Assembly: GCA_963850905.1 (NCBI GenBank)
Contig: CAWKMU010000004.1
Coordinates: 96,001 to 160,000, forward strand
Origin: an uncultured Gemmatimonadales bacterium
GTDB lineage: Bacteria; Gemmatimonadota; Gemmatimonadetes; Gemmatimonadales; Gemmatimonadaceae
DNA: 64,000 nucleotides
Direction: 5' to 3'
Position 1 is the stretch's first letter. Every line of letters begins with the position of its first letter. Shown piece after piece: positions 31,010 to 41,621 of the stretch. The position numbers and the translations under genes were made by a program. The notes under the pieces are model-generated. The model saw nothing but the letters and a program-made list of their open reading frames with translations. It made no database searches and was not told the DNA's origin.

Positions 31010-32011
31010 TCACAACTTCATCTCGCGGCCCTCGTCCGCCGAGCGATAAATGGCTTCCAGGACGCGCATTACGATGACCTGGTCGGAGGGAGCCTCGTAC
31101 TTGGCCTCGCCCTGAAGCACAGCCAGGAAGTGCGCCAGTTCCGCCCGATAGGACTGCAGGAAGACGCTCTCCCGAGCTGCGGCGCCAGTCGGTGAGACGT
31201 CGGTCGGTCGGCCGTTGAGTGATTTCACCACTCGGAGCGGCGCGAGCCTGGCGCTGCCCCGCGCGGCAAGTATTTCGAACCACCAGCGATCTTGCTCGCC
31301 GACGTACGACCAGGAAATGTCGAACGCACAACTCAAGTTCGGCGCACACTCCAGATGCACGAGCATGCTGTCCTCGACACCGCTTCCCCCGCGCCCCCGA
31401 TCTATGTGGGCGGACACGCGCTGGGGCTCCGGGAAATCCGCCAGCCACAACGCGAGATCGAGCAACGGCAGGCCATGGTCGAGAAACACGCCACCGCCGG
31501 ATTCCGCGCGCCGCGCCCGCCAGCCGTCTGGCCGCACCATGTGATACGCGCCTGCGCGCATGCCCAGTACTCGACCCAGCTCGCCACCTTGGAGGAAGCG
31601 CTCCAGCGCCTGCACGTCACTTCGGAACCGGTGGTTGTTCGCAACGGCCACGACGCGATCGACTCGGGCCGCCGCGGCAAGGATGCGCTCGACGCCGCGC
31701 GCTGAGAGTGCCAGTGGTCGCTCGCAGAGCACGGGCAGCTTGCGCGCGAGTACGCTGAGCACGTGCGGCTCATGCAGGTGATTCGGCGTAGCCACCACGA
31801 CCGCGTCGAGCGTCTCGAGCTCGAGCAGGTCATCGATGTCGGTGAACACGTCCGGCACGGAGAACCGGTCGGCCAATGCCCGGGCCTTGACCGCGTCACT
31901 ATCACACAACCCGACCAACTCGATGCCACGCATCTTCGCCAGAACGGGCAGGTGCGCGAGTTGCGCGATCGCGCCTGCCCCGAGAAGGCCGATGCGTACC
32001 CGTTCGGTCAT
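31010..32011 (-). CDS. Gfo/Idh/MocA family oxidoreductase
   Basis: IGLLGAGAIA, ATPNHLH, LCERPL, GGGVFLDHG. Confidence 0.88.
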   Translation of the reverse strand: MTERVRIGLLGAGAIAQLAHLPVLAKMRGIELVGLCDSDAVKARALADRFSVPDVFTDIDDLLELETLDAVVVATPNHLHEPHVLSVLARKLPVLCERPLALSARGVERILAAAARVDRVVAVANNHRFRSDVQALERFLQGGELGRVLGMRAGAYHMVRPDGWRARRAESGGGVFLDHGLPLLDLALWLADFPEPQRVSAHIDRGRGGSGVEDSMLVHLECAPNLSCAFDISWSYVGEQDRWWFEILAARGSARLAPLRVVKSLNGRPTDVSPTGAAARESVFLQSYRAELAHFLAVLQGEAKYEAPSDQVIVMRVLEAIYRSADEGREMKL

Positions 32012-32056
32012 GGGTGGCTCGCTCCAGGACCACACGCTGGCCGCATGACCACAAGT

Positions 32057-33469
32057 CTAGCGCTCACGGGCGACGGCCGTGCCGGGATAGTACGTCGCCA
32101 GGATCGTCCGGTAGTCCTGCCCCGCACGAGCGCGGCCGATGGCACCCCATTGGCACATCCCGACCCCATGCCCATTGCCTCGACCCTCCAACGTGAGCCC
32201 CGCGAGCGAGCCACCGCGAACCGGCTCGTCTCGAATCTGAAAATAGGTACTGTGGAGGATCTCGCCATCGGGCTCGCGCAACACGAATCGGATGTCGTTG
32301 CCGCGTACATGATAGGTCCCATGGCTTGTCGAGACAGCGAGCCACGCGACGCGGCCTGATGGTGTGAGCGATTCAATGCTGATGGCCTGCACCGTGCCGA
32401 CCCGCCCCGCTGCCGTACTCGAGCTCGTTGCGGCGGCGGCGCCATCGTGACGCGTGGCATACGTGCGCAGGTATCGATCCAGAAGCGTTGCCAACTCGGT
32501 CTTCGAGAAGGTGCGGGTCCAGCGGAAGTGCGCCGATCCCTCGCAGTAGTAGTTGTCGGTACCGGGGATCTGATCGCTCACCCGCTGCAAGTACGGGACT
32601 GGCGCCTCTCGCCATACTTCCTCGGGTTCGGCGGTCGTGCCACCGCAGGCAGCGTGGTACGGCGCGTTGACGACACGACCGCCGTATGTCAGCACTTCGC
32701 CCGCCGTCGCGGCGATCGCCGCATCCGCAGCCGGCGTCTCCGCGGCCAGACCGCCGTACACCTGGTCCGTCACCGTCGCAAGGACATCGAAGCGCGTGCC
32801 GCCTGGCGGTCGGTCGGGGTCGTCGAGCCGCACGTAGATGTAGCTGCGTGCCGCGACCGCTTGCGCCTCGAGCGCCGCACGTTCCGGATCGCCCAATGTC
32901 GCGCCGATCTCGAGTGGCACGACGCCCCGCAGGTAGTCCTCGACCGGCAGTCGATTCACGACCAACAGTCCCCGCCCGGTTGCATACACGGCAATCGACC
33001 CGCGAAATCCCCGGTCGTTCCAGGTCAGATGCGTGGACGAGTCGGCAGGCTCCGCGATCAGAGGCCCGTCGCGCGTCGCCGACAATCCTCCGTGCGTGCT
33101 GATGTGCACTCGGTCATCCCGCCGCTCGATCGTCCAGGACCCGCGCCCAGTACCGCGAACGACGACGCGACCCGCCCGCGTGACCAGACGCCAGGGCCCG
33201 GTGGCGGACAACTGACCCGACGGCGCAGCGGTCGTGAGCGCGACGCCGACGACTGAAGCGGAGTCGCTTCCAGCCTGACGCCGGTGGCTGGCCACCTCGC
33301 CGGTCGTCGCGACCACATGCGGTGCCGGCGTCGCGGGCGTCGCCGCGCCCGAGCGACACGCAGCAACGAACGTGATGAGGAAGCACGAGATCGAGCGTCG
33401 GACGCGCGGGCGCTCGCAGCGCCACGGCCGAGCCGTGGTGCTGCGCGGCCTACGACGCCGCCGCAACAC
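32057..33469 (-). CDS. SpoIID/LytB domain protein (start uncertain)
   Basis: EDYLRGVVPLE, AQAVAARSY, DQVYGG, GHGVGMCQWGA, ILATYYPG. Confidence 0.9.
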   Translation of the reverse strand: MLRRRRRPRSTTARPWRCERPRVRRSISCFLITFVAACRSGAATPATPAPHVVATTGEVASHRRQAGSDSASVVGVALTTAAPSGQLSATGPWRLVTRAGRVVVRGTGRGSWTIERRDDRVHISTHGGLSATRDGPLIAEPADSSTHLTWNDRGFRGSIAVYATGRGLLVVNRLPVEDYLRGVVPLEIGATLGDPERAALEAQAVAARSYIYVRLDDPDRPPGGTRFDVLATVTDQVYGGLAAETPAADAAIAATAGEVLTYGGRVVNAPYHAACGGTTAEPEEVWREAPVPYLQRVSDQIPGTDNYYCEGSAHFRWTRTFSKTELATLLDRYLRTYATRHDGAAAATSSSTAAGRVGTVQAISIESLTPSGRVAWLAVSTSHGTYHVRGNDIRFVLREPDGEILHSTYFQIRDEPVRGGSLAGLTLEGRGNGHGVGMCQWGAIGRARAGQDYRTILATYYPGTAVARER

Positions 33470-34810
33470 GAACCGCGTCGTCGAAGCGCGACAACGTCTC
33501 TGTCAGCTCGGGCGATCCATGTGCGGCGGACATGAACGCAGCTTCGAACGGTGACGGAGCGAGGTAGAGTCCGCGTTCGCGCGCGGCGTGAAACAAGCGA
33601 CGAAAGCGCTCGGCGTCAGCCGTCTGCGCCTCCTCGAACGACGTGGGCAGCGTCTCGCGACAGAAAAAACCCCACATCGACCCGACCGAATCGGCCGCGA
33701 ACGGGAAACCACGGCGTGCGGCGATCTCGCGCAACCCCTTCACCAGCTCGCCCGTTCGCTGCGTGATGCGGTCCTGCAGTGCCGGGGTCAACGCGCGAAG
33801 AGTCGCGAGACCAGCAGCCATGGCGAGCGGATTGCCCGACAGGGTCCCAGCCTGATACACGGGACCTTGTGGCGCGATGCGGTCCATGATATCCCGCCGT
33901 CCCCCATAGGCCGCGACCGGCAGTCCGCCACCGATGACCTTGCCCAGTGCCGTCAGGTCCGCGCGTGACCCCGAAGCGCTCTCGGGCCCCGCCGAGCGCC
34001 ACCCGGAATCCGGTCATCACTTCGTCGAAGATCAGCAGCGCTCCGGTCTCGTCGGCGAGAGCGCGCAGCCCTTCGAGAAAGCCGGCGTTGAGGGCGTATG
34101 AATCCGGCGTTCCCCACGACCGGCTCGACGATAATGGCTGCCAGATCGTCGCGGTGCGGATGGATCGCCTCCCGCGGCACGCTCGAGATCATTGTATGGC
34201 GCGACGAGCGTGAGCGCGGCAAGCGCCGCGGGGACGCCGGGCGAATCCGGCAGGGCCAGCGTGGCGACGCCCGAGCCCGCGCGCACCAGGAACGCGTCCG
34301 CGTGGCCGTGATAGCAGCCATCGAACTTGAGCACGCGCTGTCGGCCCGTGTGCGCGCGCGCGAGACGGAGGAGGCTCATAGTCGCTTCCGTGCCGCTCGA
34401 CACGAAGCGGAGCATGTCCAGGTGCGGCCATCGCTCACGAATGGCCTCGGCCAAGCTCCACCTCGAGCGCGGTCGGGATGCCGAAGCTCGTACCATCCCG
34501 CATCGACGCGGTCGAGCGCATCGAGCACGACCGGGGGCGCGTGCCCGAGCACGAGCGGCCCCCAGGACAGCACGTAGTCGATGTACTCCCGCCCGTCGAC
34601 GTCCCAGATGCGCGCGCCCTCGCCGCGCGCCACCACGAATGGTTCTCCTCCGACACGACCGAACGCCCGCACCGGCGAGTTGACGCCGCCCGGGAACACG
34701 GCCCTCGCCCGCGCCATGATGGCGGCTGATGCGGGCGCGCGACTATCGCGGTGGGACTCGCCGCTGGCCGCGTCGCGAGTCGGCGCGCGGGGGTCGACGC
34801 CGGTGGTCAC
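33450..34810 (-). CDS. hemL: Glutamate-1-semialdehyde aminomutase, split by several frameshifts
   Basis: Consecutive fragments [62 protein letters not shown] in different frames. Confidence 0.92.
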
Positions 34811-36260
34811 CGCCCGAAGCTTCCTACCGTGGAGGCCATCGTCGCAATCGGTAACATGGGCCGTCGCGTAGCGACCGTAGCCGGCGACGGAACGCTGATC
34901 ACGCGGCGCACAGTCGCGACGAAGTCGTAGTCCTCTACCACACCGTCGACACACACTTCGACGATCGACCCCCCAGGCAGGTCCGAGCGATCGAGAAAGG
35001 TGATGCCATCGATGTCATCAGCCTGACAGGCGAGGCGCGCTCGAGCGCCGGCGCGAGGCGCGCCCCCCGGGTCGCGCGGCCCGGCGTCTGCCGAGTCGAC
35101 GATTGCCTCCGACAGAGTGCCGACCATGGCGTCGTATCGGTCTGCGGTGATCAGGCGTTGTCGCTCGGTCACACGCTCGAGGCGCTCCCGCTTGACCGCT
35201 TCAGGCACATCATCGGCGAGCTGCGCAGCCCGAGTGCCCTCCTGCGCCGAGTACGTGAAGACGCCTACCCGATCGAACTGCGACCTCTTCCAATAGATTC
35301 GAGCAGCTGGCAGAGATCATCCTCCGTCTCGCCAGGGAAGCCGACGATGCAGGTCGTACGCAGCGCGATCCCGGGAACCGTCTCGCGAACCCGCGCCACG
35401 GTCGCGCGGATCGTGGCAGCACGCTCGGGTCGCCGCATGCGCTGCAGCACCGCGTCGGATCCGTGCTGGATCGGCATGTCCAGGTATTTCACGAGTCCGC
35501 GCTCTTGCGCGAGCGCCGCGAGCACCCGGGCATCCGAGGCCCGCCGCATATACGTACAGCAGCCGAATCCATGGAACCGATGGTGTCGGCGACCAGCGCG
35601 TCCAGCAGCTCGGGCAACCCGACCCCGACCCGTAGGTCGCGGCCGTAGTGCGCGAGGTCCTGGGCGACCAGGTTGATCTCTCGCGCGCCCTGCAGCTCCA
35701 GCAGCTGTGCCTCGCGCACGACATCGTCGAGCGCAAACGACCGATGCCGGCCCCGCATGAGCGGAATGGCGCAGAACGCGCAGCCGTGATCGCACCCTTC
35801 ACTGACCTTGAGGTAGCGAACGTGCGGCAGTTCACCCGCGAAGAGCGCGCACCCCGGGGTGGGCTGTCGACGCCGTCGGCGGCAGCCAGCCGCGCTCGAC
35901 GAGTGCCGGCACCAGGGCGGTCGCGTCCGACGTGCCGAGGAAAAGGTCGACTTCGGGTAGCGCCGCTTGCGAGTTCGGCTCGATGCCGTTCGACCATGCA
36001 GCCGACGCGACGACGCCGCGACAGCGACCTCGCCGTTTGAAGCGACCCGCATCCACCAACGCGTCGATCGATTCCCGTTTCGCCGCGTCGATGAATCCAC
36101 AGGTGTTGACGAGGATCACATCGGCCTCGGCGAGGTCCTCGACGGAGCTCGCGCCCTGCGTCGTGAGCTCGGCACGGTAGCGCTCGGTATCGACCGTGTT
36201 CTTGTCGCACCCGAGGCTGATGATCCCGAATGTGGCACGATGTTGGGGCGAACGCGGCAC
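34807..36260 (-). CDS. rimO: Ribosomal protein S12 methylthiotransferase, split by several frameshifts
   Basis: [55 protein letters not shown]-like C-terminus. Confidence 0.92.
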
Positions 36261-36295
36261 GGCGCGTAAGCTAGCCGCGGCACCAGTGAGGAACC

Positions 36296-36402
36296 AGACG
36301 CAAGACGCTGGACGCTGGACGCTAGAAAGAAACCTCGGGGCGGGCAGTGGTGCACTTCGCCGGCCCCGAGGTTTGTTCAGCGTCCAGCGTCTAGCGTCTA
36401 GC
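36296..36402. repeat. Inverted arrays of 7-nt repeats (RGACGCT) around a hairpin
   Basis: AGACGCA AGACGCT GGACGCT GGACGCT ... CAGCGTC CAGCGTC TAGCGTC TAGC. Confidence 0.85.
36330..36374 (-). terminator. Intrinsic terminator after yajQ (possibly bidirectional)
   Basis: AAACCTCGGGGC...GCCCCGAGGTTT stem; TTTCTTTCT follows on the minus strand. Confidence 0.65.
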
Positions 36403-36405
36403 CGT

Positions 36406-36906
36406 TCATCGATAATTCCCGAACTTCAGCTCGACGCCGAAGTCTCGGGCGCGCAGCAGTGCGATGACGTCTTGCAGCTCATCCTTCGACGCGGACGACA
36501 CGCGCACTTGCTCGCCTTGGATCGACGCCTGGACCTTCTTCATCTTGGCGTCCTTGATCACCGCCGCGACCTTTTTGGCCGTCTCGCCGTCCAGCGCGGT
36601 CTTGAGCGTGATCTCGCGGCGGACGGTATCGCCGCCGGCCGGCTTGATCTCGCCCACCGTGAGGTTCTTCACCGAGACGCCCCGTTTGATGAGCTTCTGC
36701 TGCAGCACATCGAAGAGCGCTCGCATGCGAAAGTCGTCATCGGCGACCAGAACGAGCATGTTGCCAGCGCGGTTGTACTCGATGCTGGCCTTGGATCCTT
36801 TGAAGTCGTAGCGCTGGGCGATCTCCTTCTGCGCCTGATTCACGGCGTTGTCCACTTCCTGGAGGTCGACGCCGGTCGTCACATCGAAGGAGCTCGTCGC
36901 CGGCAC
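36406..36906 (-). CDS. yajQ: YajQ family nucleotide-binding protein
   Basis: SFDV, EVDNAV, RYDFKG, VQASIQG, LQDVI, FGNYR. Confidence 0.95.
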   Translation of the reverse strand: MPATSSFDVTTGVDLQEVDNAVNQAQKEIAQRYDFKGSKASIEYNRAGNMLVLVADDDFRMRALFDVLQQKLIKRGVSVKNLTVGEIKPAGGDTVRREITLKTALDGETAKKVAAVIKDAKMKKVQASIQGEQVRVSSASKDELQDVIALLRARDFGVELKFGNYR

Positions 36907-36916
36907 GCGGACCAGT

Positions 36917-37774
36917 TCAGCCGAGGTACGACTCGAGAGCCCGTGCACGGCTGACGTGCCGCAGCCGGGAGAGCGCTTTCTCCTTGATTTGGCGCACCCG
37001 CTCACGCGTGATGCCCATCAATGAGCCGATCTGTTCCAGCGTCATCGGCTCCTCGCCATCCAGGCCGAAGTACAGTCGGAGGATCTTCGACTCGCGCTCC
37101 TTGAGGCCCGCCAGTGCTTCCTCGACGGTCTCGGTCAGCGCCTTCTCGAAGGTCTGCTCGTCTGGAGTGGGATTGATGGTGTCGGCGAGGTAGTCGAGCA
37201 AGCGATTGTCCTCGCCCGGCGACATCGGCGCATCCAGAGAGAGGTGCGTCTGAGAGATGGACATCGTCTTGGCGACCTCTTCCTCCGTGATGTCCATGCC
37301 TTCGGCGATCTCTTCGTGCGTGGGCTCGCGGCCGAGCTCCTGGAGCAGGGTGCTGGCCCGCTTCCCGATCCGGTGCAGCGTACCGGCGCGGTTCAGCGGG
37401 ACGCGCACAATGCGGGACTGCTCCGCGAGCGCCTGCAGAATCGCCTGGCGAATCCACCACACGGCGTACGAGATGAACTTGATGCCTTTCGTCTCGTCGA
37501 ATTTGTGCGCGGCGCGGATCAGGCCCAGGTTGCCCTCGTTGATCAGATCCGAGAGGGCCACGCCCTGGTTCTGATACTTCTTCGCCACGGAGACGACGAA
37601 ACGCAGGTTCGACCGGACGAGCTTATCCAGAGCTTCCTGGTCGTTCACCCGGATGCGCTTCGCGAGCTCGACCTCGTCCTCGCGCGTGATCAGCGGGTAG
37701 GCGCTGATGTCGCGCAGGTACTGGTCGAGCGAGCCTTCTTCGTACGACGCCTTCCTGCTCTTCGCCGCTGCCAT
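36917..37774 (-). CDS. RpoD/RpoS-type sigma-70 factor lacking region 1.1
   Basis: LDQYLRDI, NLRFVVSVAKKY, DLINEGNLGL, YAVWWIRQAI, TRERVRQI. Confidence 0.93.
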   Translation of the reverse strand: MAAAKSRKASYEEGSLDQYLRDISAYPLITREDEVELAKRIRVNDQEALDKLVRSNLRFVVSVAKKYQNQGVALSDLINEGNLGLIRAAHKFDETKGIKFISYAVWWIRQAILQALAEQSRIVRVPLNRAGTLHRIGKRASTLLQELGREPTHEEIAEGMDITEEEVAKTMSISQTHLSLDAPMSPGEDNRLLDYLADTINPTPDEQTFEKALTETVEEALAGLKERESKILRLYFGLDGEEPMTLEQIGSLMGITRERVRQIKEKALSRLRHVSRARALESYLG

Positions 37775-37834
37775 GCCGCTGGCTGCTCCTTGGTGACCCG
37801 ATTGCCATGCCGAGGTCCGAACGACCACGTGCGT

Positions 37835-38626
37835 TTACTCCACCCGCTCGCCGATCCGGTGCCAACGTACGCGTGTCAGAAGCGACACGCGACCCGCGGA
37901 ATCCGGCGCATAGCTGTAATACACGAAGATCGGACGTCCCTCGATCAGCAACGCTGGTACGAAGCCCCAATAGCGGCTGTCGTTCGAGTTGTCGCGGTTG
38001 TCGCCGAGCACGAAATAGCTCTGCTGAGGGACGACCAGCGGCCCCCAGTTGTTTCGCGATGGATGCTCTGCCTCGTCAGTCGCCGCTCCATGTACCACAT
38101 ACGCCCGTTGCCAGCTGAATTCCGGCTCCGCCGGGTCATCCGTAGCTGCTGCAATGTGGACTACATATGGCTCGTTTTGCGGCTTCCCATTGAGGAACAG
38201 CGTGCCTTCACGCATCGCCAGTGTGTCGCCAGGCACACCCACGACTCGCTTAATGAAGTTAGTGTGCGGATCGACCGGCCACCTAAACACGATGATGTCG
38301 CCGCGCTGCGGGTGCTCGAATCCGGGGAGGCGGTGCGCGGTGAATGGCAGGTCCGCCCCAAAGGCCAGCTTGTTGACCAACAGCCGGTCGCCGACGAGGA
38401 GGGTCCGCTCCATGCTGCCCGTTGGAATTCGATAGGCCTCGACGAAGAAGGCCTTCAGCACCAGCCAGATGGCGACGGCGATCACAAATGACTCCGCCCA
38501 GTCGCGAAGCAATCGCCAGCGGATCCCGCCGCGATTGATCCGACGGAGCGCGACCTGGCGTCGCTCTGCGGAATACCCGGCAGATCCCGGCGTTCCGACT
38601 GGATCGGCCGGCGTGCGCTCGGTCAC
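37835..38626 (-). CDS. lepB: Signal peptidase I
   Basis: IPTGSM, RGDIIVF, IKRVVG.PGD, GDNRDNSNDSRYWG. Confidence 0.95.
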   Translation of the reverse strand: MTERTPADPVGTPGSAGYSAERRQVALRRINRGGIRWRLLRDWAESFVIAVAIWLVLKAFFVEAYRIPTGSMERTLLVGDRLLVNKLAFGADLPFTAHRLPGFEHPQRGDIIVFRWPVDPHTNFIKRVVGVPGDTLAMREGTLFLNGKPQNEPYVVHIAAATDDPAEPEFSWQRAYVVHGAATDEAEHPSRNNWGPLVVPQQSYFVLGDNRDNSNDSRYWGFVPALLIEGRPIFVYYSYAPDSAGRVSLLTRVRWHRIGERVE

Positions 38627-38707
38627 ATCCCCTCCTGCAGCCCAATTAACCCGCGGCTTCCCACAACCGCAAGGCGCCGGACCCGCACAGAGACCGACGT
38701 GCCGCGG

Positions 38708-40276
38708 TCAATCCGGCGTGCCCAAATAAGTGTCGATCTGTGCACGCTGCAGCGTTCCGGAGAAGTCGATGTACCCGACTTTGGTTTCCGAGTAGAAGTC
38801 ATACACCTGCCAGCCTCCCTCGCGATGCCCGTTACCCGTTTGCTTGACACCGCCGAAAGGTAAATGCGCTTCCGCGCCAATCGTCGGGGCGTTCACATAC
38901 GTGATCCCAGTATCCAGCTCAGTCAGCGCGCGGAACGAGGCGTTGACGTCTCGGGTGTAGAGAGCCGAGGACAGGCCGTACGCGACGTCGTTGTTCACGG
39001 CGATCGCCTCGTCGAGGGTCGCGACCTGGATGACCGACAAGACCGGCCCGAAGATCTCCTCCTGCTCCACTCGGCTCAGCGGCCGGACATTCGCAAGGAT
39101 CGTTGGCTCGAAGAAGAAGCCGTGGGCGAAGGCGCCGGTCGTCACGGGTCGACCCCCCGTGACCAGGCGCGCGCCCTCGGCATATCCGATCTCGATGTAT
39201 TCCTCGACCTTGGCTCGCGAGGCCGCATGAATCAGAGGCCCCACGTCCGTCCCCTCTTTGCGGCCGTCCCCGAGCCGGAGTGCCTGGACGCGGTCGGTCA
39301 GCCGCTCGAGGAAGGCGTCGTGAATACCGCGCTGGAGGATGAGCCGCGATGTCGCCGTGCACCGCTGCCCGGTCGTCCCGAATGCACCCCATAAGACGCC
39401 CTCGAGCGCGAGATCGAGATCCGCATCATCGAGCACGATCTGGGCGTTCTTCCCTCCCATTTCCAGCGACAATCGCTTGTGCATGCGGCCACACACCTCG
39501 CCGATGCGCCGGCCGGTCTCCGTGGACCCGGTGAACGAGATCACGGGGACCGCCGGATGGCTCACGATCGCCGCGCCAGCCTCTGCATCGCCATGTACGA
39601 GTTGAATGACGTCGGGTGGCAGGCCGGCCTCGAGCAGAATCTCGACAAACACCGTAGCCGTGTGGGGGACGTCTTCCGCCGGTTTGAATACGCACGCGTT
39701 ACCACAGACCAGGGCCGGGAACATCTTCCACGTCGGGATCGCCAACGGAAAATTGAACGGCGTCACGATCCCGCAGACGCCGATCGGGCGCCGGTAGCTC
39801 ATGGCCCACTTGGCTCGCAACTCACTCGGCACCGTGTGGCCGAACAGTTGCCGCCCCATCGTTGCCGCATAGTACGCGGTATCGATGCCCTCCTGCACGT
39901 CGCCTCGCGTCTCGGCGAGCGGCTTCCCCATCTCACGGGTCATGAGGTCCGCCACCTCATCCTTCCGCCGAGTGAGGATGTCGCCCGCGCGGCGGATGAC
40001 ATCGCCGCGCGCAGGTGCAGGCGTGCGCCGCCAGCGCTCGAAGCCGCGCAGCGCAGACTGGACCGCACGATCGACATCGGCGGCGCCCGATCTGGGAAAC
40101 GTGCCGATCACATCCCGTGTGTCGGCCGGATTGATGTTGAGGAACGTCTCCCGGCTGGCCGCGTTCACCCACTGCCCGGCGATGAAGTTCTGAAATGCCC
40201 GCGGACGACGGGTCGCTGCGCGGGATTGCGGCGAGCGTGTCGCTCGGCGCGCTTTAGTTTTCGCGAGTGAGGCCAT
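38708..40276 (-). CDS. Aldehyde dehydrogenase family protein (start uncertain)
   Basis: PFNFP, FTGSTETG, LEMGGKN, GQRCTA, EEIFGPV, PFGGVK. Confidence 0.93.
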   Translation of the reverse strand: MASLAKTKARRATRSPQSRAATRRPRAFQNFIAGQWVNAASRETFLNINPADTRDVIGTFPRSGAADVDRAVQSALRGFERWRRTPAPARGDVIRRAGDILTRRKDEVADLMTREMGKPLAETRGDVQEGIDTAYYAATMGRQLFGHTVPSELRAKWAMSYRRPIGVCGIVTPFNFPLAIPTWKMFPALVCGNACVFKPAEDVPHTATVFVEILLEAGLPPDVIQLVHGDAEAGAAIVSHPAVPVISFTGSTETGRRIGEVCGRMHKRLSLEMGGKNAQIVLDDADLDLALEGVLWGAFGTTGQRCTATSRLILQRGIHDAFLERLTDRVQALRLGDGRKEGTDVGPLIHAASRAKVEEYIEIGYAEGARLVTGGRPVTTGAFAHGFFFEPTILANVRPLSRVEQEEIFGPVLSVIQVATLDEAIAVNNDVAYGLSSALYTRDVNASFRALTELDTGITYVNAPTIGAEAHLPFGGVKQTGNGHREGGWQVYDFYSETKVGYIDFSGTLQRAQIDTYLGTPD

Positions 40277-41621
40277 AACGCTCGATCTTCTTGTAGAGGT
40301 TGGACCGGGGCATCGCGAGCGCACGTGCCGTCTCGGACACATTCCAGTCGAATGCGCGGAGCTTCGCCAGCAGGAAACCACGCTCCGCCTGCGCTTTGAA
40401 CTCTTCGAAGGTCGCACAGGTGGCGAGCGACCCGATGCCGGCCCCATCGTCAGACGGACGCCGCCCGGCCAGCCGCTCGACGTCGGTCACGCTGATCGTC
40501 GGGCCGGCCGCGAGTATGAGGAGCCGCTCAATGGTGTTGCGCAGCTCACGGACGTTGCCCGGCCACTCCAGGCCGGCCAGTGCGCCGACAGCGTCCGGCG
40601 TGATCCCGCGAGGCGCGATGCCGTCCCGCGCCGCCGTGGTCTGCAGGAAATGGCTGACGAGGAGCGGGATGTCCTCTCGCCGCTCGCGCAGTGGCGGCAC
40701 CGAAACCGGGACGACGTTCAACCGGTAATAGAGGTCCTCACGGAACCGCCCGGCAGCGATCTCGCTCTCCAACGCCTTGTTCGTCGCGGCGAGTACGCGC
40801 ACGTCGACGGAGATCGGCTTGGCCCCGCCGATCCGCGTGACGACGCCGTCCTGCAACACCCGGAGCACCTTGGCCTGCGCCGCGGGGCTCATGTCCCCCA
40901 CCTCATCGAGGAAGAGCGTACCGCCGTTGGCCTGCTCGAACTTCCCGGCGCGGTCGCTGACGGCTCCCGTGAAGGAGCCGCGCATGTGGCCGAAGAGCTC
41001 ACTCTCGATCAGCTCACCGGGGATCGCGGCACAGTTCACCTCCACGAACGGTTTGTCGTGACGAGGCGACTGTCGGTGAATGGCGCGAGCGACCAGTTCC
41101 TTCCCAGTGCCGTTCTCTCCGCTGATGAGCACACGCGCCGGTGTGCCCGCGACCTTGTCGATCTTGTCGATCAGCGCGCGAATCACGTACGACTTTCCAA
41201 CGATCTCGTAGCGGGATTCAATGGTCTCGCGGAGCCGGCTGTTTTCTTCGTACAGCTCGAGATGCTGCAGCGCGTTGCGCAGCGTCACCAGAATACGGTC
41301 GGTATCCAGCGGCTTCTCGAGGATATCGTAGGCGCCAAGTTGCGTGGCCTCGACGGCCGTCTGAATCGTGGCGTGCCCACTGATCATCACGACCGCGACC
41401 GAACGATCGGCCTCGCGAATGCGCTTGAGCGCCTCGAGGCCGTCCATCCCCGCCATCTTCACATCGAGAAAGACCAGATGGGGGTGCCAGGCGCCGACCT
41501 GCGTGATGCCGTCAGCCGCGTTCGTGGCCGTGCGCACGCTGTACCCCTCGTACTCGAGCAATTGCCCCAGCGCGCCCCGCACGCCGGGCTCATCGTCAAC
41601 CACGAGCACGCGTCGCGTCAT
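40254..41621 (-). CDS. Sigma-54-dependent response regulator (NtrC/NtrX-like)
   Basis: Receiver VVDDE..LDVKM; GENGTGKE, GSFTGA, LFLDEV, WPGNVREL; Fis-type HTH. Confidence 0.94.
   Translation of the reverse strand: MTRRVLVVDDEPGVRGALGQLLEYEGYSVRTATNAADGITQVGAWHPHLVFLDVKMAGMDGLEALKRIREADRSVAVVMISGHATIQTAVEATQLGAYDILEKPLDTDRILVTLRNALQHLELYEENSRLRETIESRYEIVGKSYVIRALIDKIDKVAGTPARVLISGENGTGKELVARAIHRQSPRHDKPFVEVNCAAIPGELIESELFGHMRGSFTGAVSDRAGKFEQANGGTLFLDEVGDMSPAAQAKVLRVLQDGVVTRIGGAKPISVDVRVLAATNKALESEIAAGRFREDLYYRLNVVPVSVPPLRERREDIPLLVSHFLQTTAARDGIAPRGITPDAVGALAGLEWPGNVRELRNTIERLLILAAGPTISVTDVERLAGRRPSDDGAGIGSLATCATFEEFKAQAERGFLLAKLRAFDWNVSETARALAMPRSNLYKKIERYGLTREN

Noticed and set aside
33450..36260. 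hemL and rimO as pseudogenes or programmed frameshifts
   Set aside because: Many clustered single-base indels with motifs intact and no consistent slippery site. This is most simply a low-quality consensus; reads are needed to confirm.
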